From positions 17,503 through 81,502 of the forward strand of contig JAWVZN010000002.1 in the NCBI GenBank assembly GCA_033722155.1: a stretch of DNA of 64,000 bases, in the 5' to 3' direction. This document shows positions 60,158 through 64,000 of the stretch, in pieces. The translations under genes were made by a program, and so were the position numbers. The DNA is from Gemmatimonadota bacterium. Lineage in GTDB: Bacteria; Gemmatimonadota; Gemmatimonadetes; JACCXV01; JAHWKZ01. Below the pieces are notes generated by a model. The model saw only the letters and a list, made by a program, of their open reading frames with translations. It did not search any database and was not told the DNA's origin. Positions within the stretch are counted from its first letter, which is position 1, and every line of letters starts with the position of its first letter.

Positions 60158-62146
60158 ATGTTGGGGCCCATGCGCCTCCCCGTGGATCGAGAGCGGCTCG
60201 CGGTCGGGCTGATCGCCGGCGTGGCGGCCGCCGCCGTGATCGCCGGTCTCGCCCGGACCGAGACCCTCCGGGGCCTGGAGTCCCGGACCGTGGACCTTCG
60301 GCTCCGGACCGAGCGGCTCGTGGAGGGCGGCGGGGTGGCCGACTCCTCGATCGTGATCGTGGACGTCGACAACGAATCCCTCCGCCGCTACCGCGACCGA
60401 CTCGGCCGGTGGCCGTGGCCTCGAAGCGCGTTCGCCGGCGTTCTCGACTTCCTCGCCGTGGGCGAGCCCCGGCTGGTGGCCTTCGACATCCTCTTCTCCG
60501 AGCCCGACCTCTCCCGCCCCGGCGCCGACTCGGTGTTCCAGCGCGCGGTGGCGGAGGGACCGCCCACGATCCACGCGGCGGTCTTCGACGAGCCGCTCGA
60601 CGTCCCCCGCTCGCCCGCGGGTGAGCCGCCGAGGGGGCTGCCGCGCTTCGCCCTCCCCCTTCCCGGCCCCCTTCCTCCCTGGCTGGAGCAGGGCGTTCCG
60701 GCGTTCGCGCTCGTCGACGCCCCGCTGCCGGGGCTGCTGGAGGAAGCCGCCGGGGTGGGCGCCATCAACCGCTCGACCGACCCCGAGGGCGAGGAGGGCC
60801 GAGAGGCCCTCCTCTTCCGCCACGCCGGACGGGTGTATCCCGGCTTCGCCCTGGCCGTCGCTGTCGGCGGCCGCGATGGATACTCCAGGCTCGAGCTCGC
60901 CGGGCGCCGGCTCCTGCTGGATGGAAGGCCGATTCCCCTGGAGGACGGCCGCTTCCGCCCCCACTGGCGAGGCTCCTACACCGATCGTCCCTTTCGCGTG
61001 GTGCCCGCCTGGCGGCTCCTGAACGCCTACGCCCGCCTGGCGCGAGGCGGGGACCCCGGCGTCGACCCGGAGAGCTTCGCGGGAGCCGACGTCCTGATCG
61101 GAAGCAGCGCCACCGGGGTGAGCGATCTCCTGTCGGGCGCGTTCGGCTCGCTGGAGCCCGGCGTCTACCTGCAGGCGACCCTCCTCGACACGCTACGCTC
61201 CGGGGACTATCTCCGCTCTCCGCCCGGGGGCGCGGCCCTGGCGGCGACCCTCCTGGTGATCCTCCTCGCCGGGCTCGGGAGCGCGATTCCCCGCGGCGTG
61301 GTCGCGGGCGGCGCCGTGGCGGCCGGGTTCCTCGTCGCGGTCGTGTCTACGGCCCTTGCGGCCTTTCTCGCCGGCGGATGGATCCTCCCGATGGCGGCCC
61401 CCGTATCGGGGGTGGTTCTCGCCTGGGGCGGCGCGATGGCCGGCAACTACCTGACCGAGGGGCGCCGCCACCGCGAGACCCGCGACGCCTTCGGAAAGTT
61501 CATCCCCCCGGACATCGTCCGCGAGATCTCCGCCGAGAGGGGAGGCGTCCACCACCGGATCGAGCGGAAGGAGCTCACGATCCTCTTCAGCGACATCCAG
61601 AACTTCACCACCCTCTCCGAGGACCTCTCACCCGAGCAGGTGGTCGAGACCCTGAACGAGTACCTGACGGAAATGGTCGAAGTCGTCTTCCGTCACCGCG
61701 GGACGCTCGACAAGTACGTCGGCGACGGGGTGATGGCGTTCTTCGGAGCCCCCCTGGAGGATCCCGACCACGCCCTCCACGCCTGCCGCGCGGCGCTCGC
61801 CATGCAGGAGAGGCTCGCCGAGTTGAACGCGCGATGGGAAGCGGAGGGACGTCCCTGCCTGGCGATCCGGGTCGGCATCCACACCGGCCCGGTCGTGATC
61901 GGCTTCATCGGCCACGAAAGGCGGCGCATGGACTACACGGTGATCGGAGACGCGGTGAACCTCGCGAGCCGGATCGAGGGGTTGAACAAGGAGTGCGGGA
62001 CCTCGATCCTCCTCTCCGAGTCGACCGCCGACCGGGTGGAGGAGGCCCTCTCCGTCGTTCCGATCGGCGAGCGAACGGTGCGCGGACGCCGGGGGGCGGT
62101 ACGGGTCTTCTCACTGGATTCCGCCACCGCCCCGGCATTATCTTGA
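60158..62146 (+). CDS. CHASE2-sensor adenylate/guanylate cyclase (class III)
   Basis: The listed ORF 60014..62146 starts inside the tRNA genes, so the start is trimmed to ATG 60158 ([31 protein letters not shown]…, N-terminal TM; alternative ATG 60170). It has a periplasmic CHASE2 region, TM helices and a cyclase domain (…[16 protein letters not shown]…[13 protein letters not shown]…). Confidence 0.85.
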   Translation: MLGPMRLPVDRERLAVGLIAGVAAAAVIAGLARTETLRGLESRTVDLRLRTERLVEGGGVADSSIVIVDVDNESLRRYRDRLGRWPWPRSAFAGVLDFLAVGEPRLVAFDILFSEPDLSRPGADSVFQRAVAEGPPTIHAAVFDEPLDVPRSPAGEPPRGLPRFALPLPGPLPPWLEQGVPAFALVDAPLPGLLEEAAGVGAINRSTDPEGEEGREALLFRHAGRVYPGFALAVAVGGRDGYSRLELAGRRLLLDGRPIPLEDGRFRPHWRGSYTDRPFRVVPAWRLLNAYARLARGGDPGVDPESFAGADVLIGSSATGVSDLLSGAFGSLEPGVYLQATLLDTLRSGDYLRSPPGGAALAATLLVILLAGLGSAIPRGVVAGGAVAAGFLVAVVSTALAAFLAGGWILPMAAPVSGVVLAWGGAMAGNYLTEGRRHRETRDAFGKFIPPDIVREISAERGGVHHRIERKELTILFSDIQNFTTLSEDLSPEQVVETLNEYLTEMVEVVFRHRGTLDKYVGDGVMAFFGAPLEDPDHALHACRAALAMQERLAELNARWEAEGRPCLAIRVGIHTGPVVIGFIGHERRRMDYTVIGDAVNLASRIEGLNKECGTSILLSESTADRVEEALSVVPIGERTVRGRRGAVRVFSLDSATAPALS

Positions 62147-62153
62147 GGGTCCG

Positions 62154-62954
62154 ATGAAGCGCCTGTCCAGCTTCCTCTTCCCGGCGGTCCTTTCCGTCCT
62201 TCTCGCCTCGCCGGCCGCGGCCCAGGAGGAGCTCTCGGCGGCCCTCGAGGGCCGCCGCGGCGCGATCCCCGACGATCCGCGAGCGTTCCAGGAGACGTGG
62301 CTCGTGCCTTCCGAGGGGAAGGCGGCCGCCGGACCCGAGCAGACCGAGTTCGGCGGCCGTGTCCGGGTGTATCAGGAGCGTCCACGGGAGCGGATCGAGA
62401 TCTTCGAGGTCGAGGGCGGGGAGTTGGGCGATCCCGTCGTGATCGTCGGCGACGGGACGCGGTACTGGCTCGTGACCCCGGTCGGGGCGAGCCCGCTTCT
62501 CGAGACCGAGCCGGCCGCCGACCCCTTCGTACGGAGGGTGCTCGCGGGTCCCGCCGGGGACGCCGAGCCGCACCGGATCGTCCCGGCGGAAGGCGGAATC
62601 GCCGCCGTGGTCCTCCGCCACTCCCTCGCCGGGGAGTTCGACGCCGACGAGGCGTTCGCGCTCGAGCTCCCCCGCGGCGGATCCGGCGTTCTGGAGACGA
62701 CGGTCTCGAGCTTCAGCGCCGCCGGAGACCCCGAGGTGGTGGCCTCGGCGGGCGCGCGCGGGGTCGACCGGGTCCGCACCGCCAGCGGAACGATCGCCGT
62801 CACCCCCGACCCCGGCGCGGTGGCGTGGATGGAGGAGGAGCTCGCCGTTCCCACGCTCGAGCTGGAGCGCTTCCGTCGAGAGGCACGCCTGGCGCCCTAC
62901 GACGTGCTCCCTTCCGTGGAGCAGGCGCCGTCCGACCCGGAGGCGGGCCGATGA
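62154..62954 (+). CDS. Secreted hypothetical protein, 266 aa (signal peptide; possibly a LolA/RseB-like fold)
   Basis: ORF: MKRLSSFLFPAVLSVLLASPAAAQEE…; it lies 8 nt downstream of the cyclase stop. Confidence 0.55.
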   Translation: MKRLSSFLFPAVLSVLLASPAAAQEELSAALEGRRGAIPDDPRAFQETWLVPSEGKAAAGPEQTEFGGRVRVYQERPRERIEIFEVEGGELGDPVVIVGDGTRYWLVTPVGASPLLETEPAADPFVRRVLAGPAGDAEPHRIVPAEGGIAAVVLRHSLAGEFDADEAFALELPRGGSGVLETTVSSFSAAGDPEVVASAGARGVDRVRTASGTIAVTPDPGAVAWMEEELAVPTLELERFRREARLAPYDVLPSVEQAPSDPEAGR

Positions 62955-63835
62955 TCGGACGGGGCGTCCGCGCCCTCGTGACGGCCCTGCTCGTCCTGCT
63001 CCTGGCGGCCCCCGCGGCCCGCGCGCAGATCTTCGGCGAGATCCAGGAGAAGGTGCAGGACGCCGCCGAGAAGGTGCAGCAGGCCCGGAAGTACGGCGCC
63101 GCGGTGGTGCCGATCAGCACCGGGCAGGAGATCGAGATCGGCCGCGGGATCGCGGCCACCCTCGCCGGAGCCTACGGCGTCGACCGCGACCCCGAGCTCA
63201 CCCGCTACGTCAACCTGGTCGGCTCCGTGGTCGCGTCGGTCGATCCCCGGCCCGGCATCGCCTACCGCTTCGCCGTCCTCGACACCGACGCCGTGAACGC
63301 CTTCGCCGCCCCCGGCGGGTACGTCTTCGTGACCCGCGGAGCCCTCGCCGCGATGGAGGACGAGGCGACGCTGGCCGCGGTGCTCGCCCACGAAGTGGGC
63401 CACGTCGACGCCCGCGACGTGGTGGAGGAGATCCAGAGCCGGGCCCGGACCGCGCTGGGCATCGAGGAGGCCGCCGAGGCGGTGGACGTGACCGGCGAGG
63501 AGTACCTCACCAAGGCGGTGGAGACGGGCGCCACCGCGCTCTTCATGGGCCTCTCCCGGGAGGACGAGCTGGAGGCCGACCGCTTCGCGGTCGAGCGGCT
63601 CGCCGCCGTCGGCTACGATCCGGACGGCCTGCTCCGATTCCTCGAGGCGCTGGAGGAGCGCTCCGGCGATGAGGACGTCTCGCTGCTCGAGAAGACCCAC
63701 CCGGACGCCTCCGACCGGATCGACGAGGCGGAGGAGGTGGTCGAGGATCTGCCGGACGAGCGTCGGGAGGGCGTGGTGGCCGAGGCCCGGTTCCGCCGCG
63801 CCCTGGAGGAAGACACCGCGACCCCGGGTTTCTAG
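62951..63835 (+). CDS. M48-family zinc metallopeptidase (signal peptide, HEXXH), 294 aa
   Basis: C-terminal part of ORF 62297..63835: MIGRGVRALVTALLVLLLAAPAARAQ…AVNAFAAPGGYVFVTRGAL…LAHEVGHV…. The ATG overlaps the upstream TGA (ATGA). Confidence 0.8.
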   Translation: MIGRGVRALVTALLVLLLAAPAARAQIFGEIQEKVQDAAEKVQQARKYGAAVVPISTGQEIEIGRGIAATLAGAYGVDRDPELTRYVNLVGSVVASVDPRPGIAYRFAVLDTDAVNAFAAPGGYVFVTRGALAAMEDEATLAAVLAHEVGHVDARDVVEEIQSRARTALGIEEAAEAVDVTGEEYLTKAVETGATALFMGLSREDELEADRFAVERLAAVGYDPDGLLRFLEALEERSGDEDVSLLEKTHPDASDRIDEAEEVVEDLPDERREGVVAEARFRRALEEDTATPGF

Positions 63836-64000
63836 CGCGATCGGGGCTCGCCGGGCTCCCGCACCGCTCCCACCTCCATATCGCATTCGGGGAGATCCGC
63901 CAGCAGATCCATCCCGTACGCCGACGAGGGCGTCACCGCTCCCGCCGGCGGATCCTCGAGGAGGCGCCGCACGCACTCCACGGAGGAGACGGCGGTGAAC
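63832..64000 (-). CDS. Possible 3' end of an unidentified minus-strand gene entering from the right edge
   Basis: Minus frame …FTAVSSVECVRRLLEDPPAGAVTPSSAYGMDLLADLPECDMEVGAVREPGEPRSR* has very high GC3 and ends in a TAG overlapping the M48 stop (CTAG). No function is assignable. Confidence 0.3.
   Translation of the reverse strand, partial: FTAVSSVECVRRLLEDPPAGAVTPSSAYGMDLLADLPECDMEVGAVREPGEPRSR

Overview
This is a very GC-rich (roughly 70%), gene-dense stretch of a bacterial chromosome with no CRISPR array, transposase, integrase or prophage signal. The S8 protease with a T9SS-like C-terminal sorting domain and the LpoA-like lipoprotein point to an FCB-group or Gemmatimonadota-like lineage. 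Long spurious antisense ORFs are everywhere, so the ORF-track starts were mostly trimmed by eye; I identify about 60 protein genes and two tRNAs. In outline:

- **Minus strand, 1 to 45.5 kb.** Almost every gene lies in one co-directional array. It holds an envelope glycosylation cluster (ArnT/PMT-like GT39 partial, GtrB/ArnC-like GT2, GT4, SAM methyltransferase), then nusB with the riboflavin operon (ribD-ribE-ribBA-ribH) and purM. Next come argS, a split propionyl-CoA carboxylase and methylmalonyl-CoA mutase module (pccB, biotin carboxylase, rlmD, BCCP-like, mutase catalytic subunit), rpsA-cmk, a NAPRTase-family gene and corA. After those come panBC-folBK, an S8 subtilase with a T9SS-type C-terminal domain, and finally a trp cluster (trpD, then trpC-trpF-trpB ... 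trpA).
- **Plus strand, 45.6 to 53.9 kb.** truA, htrA and a pur block purC-purS-purQ-purL-purF.
- **Minus strand, 54 to 60 kb.** Tryptophanase-like lyase, RNase R, era, and tRNA-Lys and tRNA-His.
- **Right end, plus strand.** A CHASE2 adenylate cyclase, a secreted protein and an M48 peptidase.

Two unusual things stand out:

- **Coupled gene junctions.** About 26 gene junctions are 4-nt start/stop overlaps (GTGA, ATGA, TTGA), which implies pervasive translational coupling and frequent GTG/TTG starts.
- **Genes inserted into the trp operon.** A HEAT-repeat protein and an HD-GYP phosphodiesterase, which share a homologous N-terminal domain, sit precisely between trpB and trpA, coupled on both sides. 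lexA is also embedded in antisense orientation between trpD and trpC.

Method limits: internal start coordinates were computed by residue counting from ORF-track ends. tRNA, promoter and terminator coordinates come from manual indexing and may be off by 1-2 nt.
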